Shown here in pieces: positions 1 through 9,189 of a stretch of 62,685 nucleotides of DNA. Positions within the stretch are counted from its first letter, which is position 1. Each line of letters starts with the position of its first letter. A model generated the notes under the pieces. That model made no database searches. It was given only the letters and a program-made list of their open reading frames with translations, and was not told where the DNA came from. Made by a program: the position numbers and the translations under genes. Source of the DNA: a virus (lineage: Duplodnaviria; Caudoviricetes); IMG/VR virus record IMGVR_UViG_3300037354_000009, positions 1 through 62,685 of that record; one strand, 5' to 3'.

Positions 1-25
1 TGGTGATGTTGAGGTTCTGAGCCAT
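1..25 (-). CDS. partial CDS (N-terminus MAQNLNIT...), runs off left edge
   Basis: ATG at 25-23 overlaps the TAA of the upstream gene (TAATG coupling); frame open to window edge. Confidence 0.5.
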
Positions 26-561
26 TACTCTTCTAGTTCCTTCTGCGGATCAGACCCGAGATACTTTTGAGCAGCTTCCGGCGTGTACCTACCACGACCT
101 AGACCTAGAAGAGTGGGCTCTATGCCCCTCTTTGCTAGGTGTGCCTTATCAGCAGAATACATACCGTGTGCATCACCGACCCCAGCACCCAGCATGCCAC
201 CAATAGCAGCCCCAAGACCTGGACGTCCTCTAGCAACCCCACCAACCAAAGCACCACCAGCAGCACCTATTCCTCCACCGACCAGAGCATGAATGAGACT
301 CTTCTTCACCCTCTCCTTTATGAGAGCTGAGTCAGCCAGCAGCAAGCCTAGGCCAGAGTCTCCAGCTCGTGTAGCACGAACTATACCGCGTTGACCGTCA
401 TACCAAGACTCTGGCCTTACACTGTGCTCTGGACCAGCTTTCTTCTCAATACCGAGTACCTGCTCTAGCTGAGGAATAGACATCTGATCAAACAGACGCT
501 CTACTTCTGCACCAGCAGTCTTCTCTTGTTCCTCTGCGTACAACTTTGCCATGAAGTCCAT
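25..561 (-). CDS. putative head/ejection cargo protein with glycine-zipper segment
   Basis: 178 aa; N-terminal MDFMAKLY..EEQEKTAG and IEKKAG motifs; GxxxG hydrophobic stretch ALVGGGIGAAGGALVGG...GAAIGGMLGAGVG; RBS AAGGAG. Confidence 0.6.
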   Translation of the reverse strand: MDFMAKLYAEEQEKTAGAEVERLFDQMSIPQLEQVLGIEKKAGPEHSVRPESWYDGQRGIVRATRAGDSGLGLLLADSALIKERVKKSLIHALVGGGIGAAGGALVGGVARGRPGLGAAIGGMLGAGVGDAHGMYSADKAHLAKRGIEPTLLGLGRGRYTPEAAQKYLGSDPQKELEE

Positions 562-564
562 GAT

Positions 565-921
565 CTACTCCTTCTTCCCGTGCTTATCCCAAAAAGCCTT
601 CTTCTGCTCTGGCGTCATGCCGTGTTCCATCTTCTTTATCCCTAGGAAAGCGACCTTCTCTCCTACATACCGAGCAGCTGCCTGCTTGATGTGCCCTGGA
701 GCATTTCGTGTAGCTCTCATAGCCGTGAGTACAAGCTCTGCTTTCTTCTCAGCAGCGGTTGGCTCCTCAGGAGGAGTGGTCTTCTTGGCTGGAGCCTTAG
801 TCTCGGCATCCAGGGACTTCACAACCGAGGCATCTGGAGCCGGTGGTGTAGATGGACCAGCCACGGCTACTTTGGCCATCCCACGGTCATATAGGTCTGA
901 AAGGAAAGTATCCATGATCAC
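565..921 (-). CDS. hypothetical virion protein (K-x-A motifs)
   Basis: 118 aa; overlaps upstream stop; MAKVA, EKKA, EKVA motifs. Confidence 0.6.
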   Translation of the reverse strand: MIMDTFLSDLYDRGMAKVAVAGPSTPPAPDASVVKSLDAETKAPAKKTTPPEEPTAAEKKAELVLTAMRATRNAPGHIKQAAARYVGEKVAFLGIKKMEHGMTPEQKKAFWDKHGKKE

Positions 922-2099
922 TCCTGTAGTGCATCTATTCTGTTACCCAGCTGACCAGAACTCTGTAGACCGCTCTTTGCTCTACGAGACTGGTTCCACT
1001 GCTTGATCTTTCTGATGAGATATGGTGCAGCCACTACCGGCGCACCTAAGCCTAGTGCGTACGTACCGAAAGCCTTGCCTAGCTGCCTACGTGCTGTACG
1101 CAGAGCCTCAGGATGGTAGCCCATAGACTTCATCAGCTTCAGTGCGTGTATGGAGGCTGCGGCCTCTTCTCCTAGAATGGGGGCTACACCAGCAGCCGAC
1201 ATAAGTGGGGACAGCTTAGAGGCTGTGGAGTCAGGATCTGTCAGAGACGCAGTAACATTACCAGCACCTATACCAAACAATGCTCCAGGGAGGCGCAGAG
1301 CCTGTGTGACCTTGCCTATGTTGGACTTCTGAAATATGCCATGACCGAACTCATGAGCTGCTATGTGTGGACCAGCGTCCAATGGGGCAGCGATCAAACC
1401 GTTGTCAAGTGCGCCCGTTGCTAGGTGTGCAGCTGCCCTGTCTAGTACCTCTGGCGTAGCAAACTCTGCAGCAGGAGTCTGATTTAAGTAGTTCCTAATG
1501 AAGCCAGCGACACCCTTCTCCTCACGTTTGCGCATGAACTTAGGCAACATACCACCCTTAGGGTACGTTCTTCCAACGCCTATCCCTCCATGTGGTATTT
1601 GAATCACATCGGGCAAGTCTCCAACAACCTTGTACTTGTCCCGCATTATCTTACCAGCAGCCTCCTCCATAGCGTTTACGTGTTCTGGAGAGATGCTCTG
1701 ACCTAGCTCTGTCTTTTTGAGATTGTTTTTAAGCACCCTGCTTATACGCAGACCACCATACAGGGCCCCAGCATTTGCCAGGCCAGCACCTGCAAGTTCT
1801 GCATTGCTGGTTGCTGCCTGCATGCCTACTAAGGACTTCTTGAGGGCAGCTCTGTTAACAGGATCTGACTGATCTAATTGCTCAGCAGCCTGCAGGGCAG
1901 GCAGACGCTTCTCCTCTACTGGAGACATGCCTTTGCTGCCCCAAGGACCGTGTCTTACTAGACCTACTGCCCCGCTCGCTCCACCGAGTAAGGCAGCCGT
2001 AGTGTAAGGCTTCCTGGATACCCAAGAGGTGATTGGACTCAAGTCTGAGGCCACCTTCTTTTTGAAGGCAGCATATTTTGCCTGCCCAGCCGTTAACAT
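918..2099 (-). CDS. putative membrane-associated zinc metallopeptidase (HExxH), probable virion cargo
   Basis: IAAHEFGH plus downstream EEAAAS third-ligand motif and flanking hydrophobic helices; N-terminal AKYA/KKVA motifs. Confidence 0.65.
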   Translation of the reverse strand: MLTAGQAKYAAFKKKVASDLSPITSWVSRKPYTTAALLGGASGAVGLVRHGPWGSKGMSPVEEKRLPALQAAEQLDQSDPVNRAALKKSLVGMQAATSNAELAGAGLANAGALYGGLRISRVLKNNLKKTELGQSISPEHVNAMEEAAGKIMRDKYKVVGDLPDVIQIPHGGIGVGRTYPKGGMLPKFMRKREEKGVAGFIRNYLNQTPAAEFATPEVLDRAAAHLATGALDNGLIAAPLDAGPHIAAHEFGHGIFQKSNIGKVTQALRLPGALFGIGAGNVTASLTDPDSTASKLSPLMSAAGVAPILGEEAAASIHALKLMKSMGYHPEALRTARRQLGKAFGTYALGLGAPVVAAPYLIRKIKQWNQSRRAKSGLQSSGQLGNRIDALQE

Positions 2100-2101
2100 T
2101 C

Positions 2102-4063
2102 CTACGCCTTGGCGGCTGGCTTAGCTGCTTTTGGTGGGTGGATATTGACATTCACACCAGCTCCACCGCCACCCTCTGCTGAAGGAGGCTTAGGTGCTTC
2201 AGGAGCTTCGCCACCAGCAGGTGCAGCAGGAGCCGGAGGAGCTGCTCCAGTGGCCTCTGCAGGCATCTCTTGAGGCTGTGAGCCGCCACCTGGAGGCATT
2301 GGCTGTCCATCAGGGCCTGCTGCCCCACCCTCAGCCCCAGGAGGGCCAGGAGCTGGACCTACGGGCACCGGTGGAGGTCCAGCGGCCATGGTTGGGTCCT
2401 GGGCCAAGAGATCCATGAGCTGCTGCCTGTATGAGGTAATGGACTGGCGAAGCATCATGACCTGCTGTTGGGCCGCCTGAGACTCTGTCCTGGCCGACAT
2501 AGCGTCCTGCGAAGACATCTGGGCCTGTTCACTGGCCATCTGTGCCTGACCACCCTGGTCCTGCTTGACCTGCTCAATCTCTTGAAGCAGCTGCTGCATC
2601 TGGCCCTCAAGCATACCTGCACGCTCTTCTGCGGCAGATGCTGCTTGCTGGGCCTCATCAGCCCGAGCCTCGTGGAACTCAGATTCGTTGCCCTTCTGGA
2701 GCAATGCCATGATGGCATCCGACGGATCTGGTTGCAGGTCTGGATCAACTGTAGCTACTGGCTCTGCATCTGGTGCAGCACCCATCTCATCGTGCCCTGC
2801 TGGGTACTGATTGCCAGAGGCCTCATTGGCCCCAGGCATCGAGTGCTCGTCTGTGGTGGATAGACCATCACGACCATCTTCAGCAGTCTTCTTCAAACTG
2901 CGAATAGCACTCAGTAGCTTTGTAGCTGCTGCAGTCTTGGGAGCATCCATGCCCTCTGTGAGCTGTCCAGAAAGACCCTTGGCCCCCAGATTCCCGGCCA
3001 TACCGCCCAGAACAGGAGCATGGAATCTCTCACCGATAGCATGACCGGCCAGTACACCAGCCTGACCAGCAGCCTCATTGATTGCACCAGCAGCACCATC
3101 TTGTAGACCACCAGATACAGCGGCCTCTCCAACATCCTCTGGAGGTACCATTTCTGGTACAGATCTGAATAGATTACGAAGGCTCCAGCCTTCCTTGATC
3201 AGAGCAAGAGCAGAGGCTACCTTTGGCGAAGCTGGGTTGAAGCTCAAGGCTCCCTCAGCGAGACGACCCTCACCCGTCAGCTTAGGTGCCAGATTCAGCG
3301 TACCTTTGCCTGGAATGTTCAGGGCTGCTGAACGACCGCCTTTGGCCATGGCCTTCATGCCAAAGTGAGCACCGGCTATACCCAAACCACCGCCTGCTAG
3401 GCCACCCTTGAGGGCACCGCCTAGCATGCTTCCTTGTGGGTTGTTCATGTTACTGACCGCACCACCGATGGCCCCAACGCCAGCACCAGCCGCACCAGCA
3501 GCCAAAGTCGGATGCTTGATCGCCCAACCACCAATCTGACCAAGAACACCAGCAACCTTATGAGAGTTCTTCTCCGTCAGATCACCGGCCCCCTTCTCCA
3601 TAGCACCACGCTTGTTCAGCTTGTGAGCATCAAGCTCCTGACCAACAACTTTGCCAGCCTCATGACCCAGTGCCATGCCTGCAGCAGCTCTAAAAGCTTT
3701 CTCTCCAATACTGTGCCCTTGCCCAGTAAGACCCTTTCCCCTACCAGCCAAAAGACCAGCACCAATGCCAGCCATTGTACCAACCCCTTTACCAAGGCGC
3801 TCACCGTGGGTCCTCTGGTGTTTGGCATGGTTGGTAATGTCCTGTGCTACAGAAGATCGAACTCCTGATAGAGTACCTTGATCCATTGCACGCTGAATGT
3901 CTTCAGGAGCGATGGTTCCTTCGGCAGTCTTGATCAAGAGATCTACCTCGTCACCGAGCAGACCTCCAGAAGCCAGCTTCATGTACATGAAGTGTTCTGC
4001 AGACTTCTCCCACGGAATCTTGTTCTCTGTGGAGAGTGCCTTGAATAGCGCTTCCTCGTGCAT
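2102..4063 (-). CDS. large Gly-zipper/coiled-coil virion protein with many K-x-A motifs
   Basis: 653 aa; three Gly-rich hydrophobic modules separated by IKTA, EKGA, PKVA, PKTA, KKTA; Q-rich coiled coil and Pro/Gly tail. Confidence 0.65.
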   Translation of the reverse strand: MHEEALFKALSTENKIPWEKSAEHFMYMKLASGGLLGDEVDLLIKTAEGTIAPEDIQRAMDQGTLSGVRSSVAQDITNHAKHQRTHGERLGKGVGTMAGIGAGLLAGRGKGLTGQGHSIGEKAFRAAAGMALGHEAGKVVGQELDAHKLNKRGAMEKGAGDLTEKNSHKVAGVLGQIGGWAIKHPTLAAGAAGAGVGAIGGAVSNMNNPQGSMLGGALKGGLAGGGLGIAGAHFGMKAMAKGGRSAALNIPGKGTLNLAPKLTGEGRLAEGALSFNPASPKVASALALIKEGWSLRNLFRSVPEMVPPEDVGEAAVSGGLQDGAAGAINEAAGQAGVLAGHAIGERFHAPVLGGMAGNLGAKGLSGQLTEGMDAPKTAAATKLLSAIRSLKKTAEDGRDGLSTTDEHSMPGANEASGNQYPAGHDEMGAAPDAEPVATVDPDLQPDPSDAIMALLQKGNESEFHEARADEAQQAASAAEERAGMLEGQMQQLLQEIEQVKQDQGGQAQMASEQAQMSSQDAMSARTESQAAQQQVMMLRQSITSYRQQLMDLLAQDPTMAAGPPPVPVGPAPGPPGAEGGAAGPDGQPMPPGGGSQPQEMPAEATGAAPPAPAAPAGGEAPEAPKPPSAEGGGGAGVNVNIHPPKAAKPAAKA

Positions 4064-4074
4064 TGGTGTGCTCC

Positions 4075-4518
4075 TTAGGCAACGTAGTAGATGACGTCGT
4101 AGCGAGGGCCACCAGAGATGGAGGCCGTGATGTGCACGATGTCAGTCTTGACAACTTCAGCAACCGTAGTGTTCGTACTAGGGAACCCAAGTATGGTGTT
4201 CGCAGTACCGACCTTCACTGTGAAACCCTGCTCATCAACCACCAAGATAGGGTTTTGAGGAGACTGGCCATACGAGCGCAGCCTTACTGCTGCCATGCTG
4301 GAGTCAGTAGCCCTGATCTGTGTGTGGATCTCATAGGGAGAAAGACCAGCCCCAGTCGGATCTGAAAGGGTAGTAGTCCTGTCCGCACTGCCGTCATTGA
4401 TGATCACAGTCAACCCATGAAGACCAAAGACGGTTCCCTTCAGTGGCTTACTGCGAACAGCGCCGTTCAGGAAGTCTACTAGCTCCTCTGGGTTGTTGAA
4501 TGTCTTATCGATGTACAT
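4075..4518 (-). CDS. hypothetical structural protein
   Basis: 147 aa beta-rich ORF, RBS AGGAG, inside morphogenesis operon. Confidence 0.6.
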   Translation of the reverse strand: MYIDKTFNNPEELVDFLNGAVRSKPLKGTVFGLHGLTVIINDGSADRTTTLSDPTGAGLSPYEIHTQIRATDSSMAAVRLRSYGQSPQNPILVVDEQGFTVKVGTANTILGFPSTNTTVAEVVKTDIVHITASISGGPRYDVIYYVA

Positions 4519-4526
4519 GTGATCTC

Positions 4527-5540
4527 CTACCTCATACTCTCTCTAGAGAGAAAAGCGGCGCGTAGTACCGCAGCCAGTTTGTCGAATTCGTCTGAGTGCT
4601 TGAACGTGTCCCACAGATTGTTAACCCGCTTGAGCCTCTCCGTACTTTCTGCGTTTGGGTTCCTGTCAGGATGGTGTTGTATTACGAAGTCTCTATAGAT
4701 CTTCTTAGCTTCGACTTTTGTCTTTACCCTGCCTATTCCAGATAGCCCAGCTTCTTCTAACTTAGGAAGATGCCCAGTACTGTAACTCTTAGTGCGAGCC
4801 CCAGCATCACCACGATCCCTGGTGCTAGATCTCGCACCACTGTAGCTACGACTACCAGACCCTGCGCCCCCATAGGACTTCGAACGAGCCCCAGAGTCAC
4901 CGGTCCACTTTTTGTATCTCTTGCTGGCTTCGTCCTCCCCTGTATCCCATTTGACCTTATGTCTAGCTGTGGAGGCTTTCTCTCTAACACCCTTTGCATG
5001 ATAATAGGCGTTACGACTGGCGGCATACGCCTTAGACGCAGCATCCCACTCGTTCCACTTTTTCCAATTATTGGCATGGTGAGCGCTGTCGTGGGCCTTG
5101 CGTGCATCGTTGAAGTGCTGATCAAACGCCGCTTTACCAGCAGCATGATCTGCCTCATGATGGACGCCTTCCCCTATATTGTAGATGCTCTCGTACGAAC
5201 CTTTGTACTCGTTCCACACATCGTGGTTGCTATTTATTCGTGATGCAGTTTTTTTAGCAGCCAGATTTCCGAGAACCTTGCGGGCAGCAAGACCGAGTCC
5301 GATAACACCAGCAGCCCCAGCTACTCCTTTAGCCACGTTCCCGACAGTCCACCCCTTGCCCTTACCTTTGCCCTTATGTTCTACCTCACTCTGATAGACT
5401 GGTTCGCCCTTAGCAGTGTAGTGGTGCACCTTTCCACCACGTGATCCAGCACCACTGAGGGCGATCTTTTCCAGCTCATCAAACAGGGCGGCTGTGTCGT
5501 AAGCAGTGTTCATCTTAGTAGACTCCGTAGCAGTGTTCAT
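4527..5540 (-). CDS. J-domain (DnaJ-like) protein with N-terminal FDELEKIA motif and one TM helix
   Basis: C-terminal KKIYRDFVIQHHPDRNPN...RLKRVNNLWDTF (HPD J-domain); hydrophobic GVAGAAGVIGLGLAA. Confidence 0.75.
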   Translation of the reverse strand: MNTATESTKMNTAYDTAALFDELEKIALSGAGSRGGKVHHYTAKGEPVYQSEVEHKGKGKGKGWTVGNVAKGVAGAAGVIGLGLAARKVLGNLAAKKTASRINSNHDVWNEYKGSYESIYNIGEGVHHEADHAAGKAAFDQHFNDARKAHDSAHHANNWKKWNEWDAASKAYAASRNAYYHAKGVREKASTARHKVKWDTGEDEASKRYKKWTGDSGARSKSYGGAGSGSRSYSGARSSTRDRGDAGARTKSYSTGHLPKLEEAGLSGIGRVKTKVEAKKIYRDFVIQHHPDRNPNAESTERLKRVNNLWDTFKHSDEFDKLAAVLRAAFLSRESMR

Positions 5541-5555
5541 CTTAGTAGACTCCGT
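5502..5555. repeat. perfect 27-bp tandem duplication spanning a stop/RBS/start junction
   Basis: AGCAGTGTTCATCTTAGTAGACTCCGT at 5502-5528 and 5529-5555. Confidence 0.95.
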
Positions 5556-6063
5556 ACCAGCCGTTCACGAAGAAGTACTCAGTATGAACGCCAGAAGAGC
5601 TGGTCATCATGTTGGCAATGTTCATTGCTACTTTCTTCTGCACTTTTTCTTGCTCGTACTTGGTAGAGAAGTCTCGAATCCACTGCATCCACATGGGTGC
5701 CTTGTTGTTGGCGTCCACGCTGATGCCTCCATCCGAGAATTGTAGCTGGTTGCGGGTCTGGAGGATACCGATAGATTGCAGCAAGGCTACGCAGGTTCCA
5801 CGGAGGGCGAAGGCCTGGTAGTACCTACTGAACATGTCTTCGAGGGTCATGTACCCCAGGTTAGGAGGGGTACCAGCGAAGTCAGACAGGAAATCCATGA
5901 TCGCCCATGCGATCATTCTGTCTGAGTGCTCCTGCCCCTTCACCAGCCTATTGAGCTGGGGATGATCTCTCATGAAGAAGCGGACGGTCTGAATGAACGA
6001 GTTGAAGATAGGGCTTGTAGCCCCGCCCGCAACGCCATCCAGACCCTGTAGCTGCTGAGCCAT
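5542..6063 (-). CDS. putative head-tail adaptor/neck protein
   Basis: 173 aa helical protein (VRFFMRD..., SDGGISV) a few genes downstream of the capsid gene; positional inference. Confidence 0.55.
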   Translation of the reverse strand: MAQQLQGLDGVAGGATSPIFNSFIQTVRFFMRDHPQLNRLVKGQEHSDRMIAWAIMDFLSDFAGTPPNLGYMTLEDMFSRYYQAFALRGTCVALLQSIGILQTRNQLQFSDGGISVDANNKAPMWMQWIRDFSTKYEQEKVQKKVAMNIANMMTSSSGVHTEYFFVNGWYGVY

Positions 6064-6368
6064 TAGCTCCTCTTCTCTCCACGCAGCTTACCCCGCTGCC
6101 TACCATCCATCTTCTTTGTCGGAGCGTCTAGGTCTATCTCCTGGACCAAGCCAGAGACAGGCACAGCCGTGACAGTCCTCTTGGGAGCACTGCCCATAGA
6201 GACCAGATCTAAGGACAGCAGGTGCTTCACAACAGGCCCGTAGGCAACTGAATCAGGAAGCTCTTCCCTGACCTTGCCATACCTGTCAACGCACTTCGTA
6301 CCGCCAGCAAGGAGGGTCCACCTCTCCACTGGGAGACTTCTGCTCGTCTTGTTCAGCACCTTTGCCAT
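6063..6368 (-). CDS. hypothetical protein
   Basis: 101 aa, RBS AAGGAG, translationally coupled to the next gene. Confidence 0.55.
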   Translation of the reverse strand: MAKVLNKTSRSLPVERWTLLAGGTKCVDRYGKVREELPDSVAYGPVVKHLLSLDLVSMGSAPKRTVTAVPVSGLVQEIDLDAPTKKMDGRQRGKLRGEKRS

Positions 6369-6371
6369 GAT

Positions 6372-7079
6372 CTACTCCTTACGACGCTTTGACTTCTTGG
6401 TGGGCATATCCACCGTGATAGTCTGATCATCCTGTACCGGCAGAACCCCTGTCTCAAGCAGAAGCTTGTTTGGGTCTACCAGCTCTGTCGTGATGTCTTC
6501 TGATGGGGGCACAGGCTCTGGCATGCCTTCTGGACCTACTACTCCTGGAGCTTCTACAACTCCTGGGTCTCCCACTGCACCTGGATGACCACCATCCCAG
6601 TTCTCATCCGTACCTACAGGACCGGTTGGGCCCTCAGACACAGTCTCTGGTTGTGGGGAGCGCTCTGGCTCTGTCCTTGGGCCTGGAGGTGGAGGAAGCT
6701 CCTCATCAAAACCAGTGCCTGGAACTTTGCCAGCTACCTTACGCTTGAAAGGCCACATCTTGAAAGCCGGGCTAGAGGGTTCCTCGTCAGTCTTCTTGTC
6801 CAAGTAGGTAATGAACAGCCTACCATCTGGACGGGAGTCAACGAAAGACAAGTCTGGGCAAGTGAATGCCAGGCGTCCTTCACGAACCTTGGAAACGATC
6901 TCCTCTTCGTGCGCCTTGAACTCTTCCTCTGTGATTCTGATCGGTCTCTTCGGCAGAATCCTCCTGCCCATCAGCCGCTCAGTGGCTGTGTGTGGCACAG
7001 GGGAGTGGGCACGTTGGATGTGCGAACTCTGAGCCTTGAACATGTTGTGGATAACGAATGTCGGCACCTTCTCAGCCAT
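6372..7079 (-). CDS. hypothetical protein with acidic Pro-rich C-terminus
   Basis: start moved to ATG 7079 (MAEKVPTF; RBS CAGGAGA) because 7093-7133 is a terminator. Confidence 0.6.
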   Translation of the reverse strand: MAEKVPTFVIHNMFKAQSSHIQRAHSPVPHTATERLMGRRILPKRPIRITEEEFKAHEEEIVSKVREGRLAFTCPDLSFVDSRPDGRLFITYLDKKTDEEPSSPAFKMWPFKRKVAGKVPGTGFDEELPPPPGPRTEPERSPQPETVSEGPTGPVGTDENWDGGHPGAVGDPGVVEAPGVVGPEGMPEPVPPSEDITTELVDPNKLLLETGVLPVQDDQTITVDMPTKKSKRRKE

Positions 7080-7092
7080 TTGAATTCTCCTG

Positions 7093-7133
7093 AAAGAAAA
7101 AGCGCCAGCGCCCATGGTTAGGAACGCTGGCGC
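7093..7133 (-). terminator. intrinsic terminator after major capsid gene
   Basis: minus strand GCGCCAGCG-loop-CGCTGGCGC followed by TTTTTCTTT. Confidence 0.85.
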
Positions 7134-7166
7134 ATTCAACTACTTCTGTGTGTTGGTCAGGTCTCT

Positions 7167-8288
7167 TTAGAAGGCCTCGACCTGTGGGAACACCAGACCG
7201 GAGTCAACCCTGTTGTTCTCCTGGCCAAGGTCCTCTTCTGCCATCGGGATGACACTCGACAGGATGCTGTCGGTGTCGAGGCTGGTCGCATCACCCGAGT
7301 AGAGCTCGAGCTTACGTACAGACGCGATGTTGATCACGCTGACGGCGATGTCCTCCCAGGACTGCCAGGTGATCATGTTGGCAATCTTGTCGATGTAGAA
7401 CTTCGTGTTGTTCAGGATGAAGAACTTCCCGAAGAAGTCTGGCTTCGTGAACAGGTACAGGTTACCTGGACGAAGGATGTCCGTCTTGATGGTGCGGCAG
7501 TAAGCACGACCCATGAGGAGGTTGTACTTGTAGCCTTCGACAGTGGTCTCACTGACGATCTTGTTGCCGACGTCTTCAGTGGTCCACTGAAGGATGTCAT
7601 CCCAGTCAACTTCTGTCATGAGAACCATCTCTCCACGGAGACGGTTACCCGACAGCAGCTTGAACATGTTGACCAAGTCTGGCTTCTGGATGGGCAGCGA
7701 TGCCGAGGTCTCGGTAGAGGCATGGCGAGCAAGCTCACCCTTGCGTACGGAGAACTCAACTACGCTACCAGCCTGGACGCCAGCTGCATTCAGTGCAGTG
7801 ACGGTGTTGCCATTGGCTTCCTTCTGGAGAGCCTGGACAGCGGCCTCGATGTGGATCGTGAACTCACGATCTTCGATCTCTTGGATGTCCTTGACGGAGT
7901 TGTCCTCGATGACCTTGGTGATTGGCATTTCGTAGGCCAAGAGCTCCTGCTCAGTCTTCTCGAACTTCTCCGAGGAGATTGTGAAGAAGGGGACTTCCGC
8001 ACGTGGTGCACGGATGAAGCGGGCAGTGGGTTGACCACGGAAGGTCAAGCTCATTGCACGGCTCTTTGGTTCTACGTCGATGATCTTCACCAACGTATCG
8101 TGGTTGACGGAGCGCTGGCAGTCTGCCCGTGTGACCTGTTGCGGTGGGAGGATCTTCCTGGAGAAGGCGACCTCACGCAAACGGTCCCGGATGTACGTAC
8201 CGGCGTACTCAGCGATCTTCTCTTGCCCTTCGGCAGAGTCGAGCTTCTGAGTAAAAAGATCATTCAGAATTCTGGATGGAACGCTCAT
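7167..8288 (-). CDS. major capsid protein (probable HK97 fold)
   Basis: 373 aa; strongly biased codons; followed by terminator; follows protease/scaffold/decoration genes; short N-terminal segment ending QEKIA then YIRDRLREVAFSRKILPP. Confidence 0.75.
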   Translation of the reverse strand: MSVPSRILNDLFTQKLDSAEGQEKIAEYAGTYIRDRLREVAFSRKILPPQQVTRADCQRSVNHDTLVKIIDVEPKSRAMSLTFRGQPTARFIRAPRAEVPFFTISSEKFEKTEQELLAYEMPITKVIEDNSVKDIQEIEDREFTIHIEAAVQALQKEANGNTVTALNAAGVQAGSVVEFSVRKGELARHASTETSASLPIQKPDLVNMFKLLSGNRLRGEMVLMTEVDWDDILQWTTEDVGNKIVSETTVEGYKYNLLMGRAYCRTIKTDILRPGNLYLFTKPDFFGKFFILNNTKFYIDKIANMITWQSWEDIAVSVINIASVRKLELYSGDATSLDTDSILSSVIPMAEEDLGQENNRVDSGLVFPQVEAF

Positions 8289-8325
8289 GTGTATACCTCT
8301 TGTATGAAACCCTTGTTTGCCTCAA

Positions 8326-8769
8326 TTACCCGATGGTCTTGAGGAACCGCAGCTTGCCGCCGTTGTTTGCAGGTAGCCGTGTGACGTACCCGATGACCAC
8401 GCCAGTATCCCAGGCGACCAGACCAGAACGGGTCTGAGCATCATAGGTCACTGCTGCAGAGATCTTGAGTGGGGCACCCAAGACAACGGCACCTTGGAAG
8501 ATGCGGGTATCTGCTTCGTATGGCTTTGCAAACAAGACGGTGGTCTTGCCTAGTGCCTGGACGTCGAAACGTCCACGCTCTGCAAACACTGCGAAACCAA
8601 GGGCTCCCGTGTTTGCACGGATGAGCTGGTAAGCAGAGTTGAGTTGAGCGAACTCACCGTCTAGCAGTGGGTTCGGGTTAGTTGGGTTCACGATGCTTTG
8701 ATCAGCAACCGTAAAGTCCCTGCGGATCAGGTCTTGTACGTCTGTGACCAGTTCGAAATTGACGATCAT
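8326..8769 (-). CDS. putative capsid decoration/cement protein
   Basis: 147 aa beta-rich protein immediately upstream of MCP, ending VIGYVTRLP...KLRF. Confidence 0.6.
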   Translation of the reverse strand: MIVNFELVTDVQDLIRRDFTVADQSIVNPTNPNPLLDGEFAQLNSAYQLIRANTGALGFAVFAERGRFDVQALGKTTVLFAKPYEADTRIFQGAVVLGAPLKISAAVTYDAQTRSGLVAWDTGVVIGYVTRLPANNGGKLRFLKTIG

Positions 8770-8811
8770 GTGGATTCTCCTGTTGTTTCTTGTTGCCTTC
8801 GGAACACCGGC

Positions 8812-9183
8812 TTACGCCAGTCCGCCAAGCAGATACGTTTCAAGTGGGTTTGACCCGTCCTTGGAATCTTCAGCTGCAATCTTTGCGATCTCTCCGTTAG
8901 GAGCGGTCATCTCGATTGCCTCTTCGATTGCTTCCAGGGACCTTCCCTTGGCGTGAGCCTCCTTGATGTACTGGACGCGCTCTGCAAGGCTGGAGCCGAG
9001 ATTGATGTTCTTCTCCTCCATGCTGTGAGCGATCTTAGCAATCCTGGAGCCTAGACGATAACCGTCTAGTTCACGTTGCAGGGCATCCCGTTCCGAGGCC
9101 AGCTTCCGAAGGACTCCTGGTACCTCGGCGTAGACCTGGGCGGCCTGTGCAGCACTGATCTTTGTCGTTCCCATGGTATTCAT
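8812..9183 (-). CDS. putative scaffold/core protein
   Basis: 123 aa coiled coil; RKLA, AKIA, IKEA, AKIA motifs; C-terminal NPLETYLLG. Confidence 0.55.
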   Translation of the reverse strand: MNTMGTTKISAAQAAQVYAEVPGVLRKLASERDALQRELDGYRLGSRIAKIAHSMEEKNINLGSSLAERVQYIKEAHAKGRSLEAIEEAIEMTAPNGEIAKIAAEDSKDGSNPLETYLLGGLA

Positions 9184-9189
9184 CCTTCC

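Noticed and set aside
5502-5555. 27-bp repeat as CRISPR repeat or target-site duplication
   Set aside because: Copies are directly adjacent, with no spacer or intervening element
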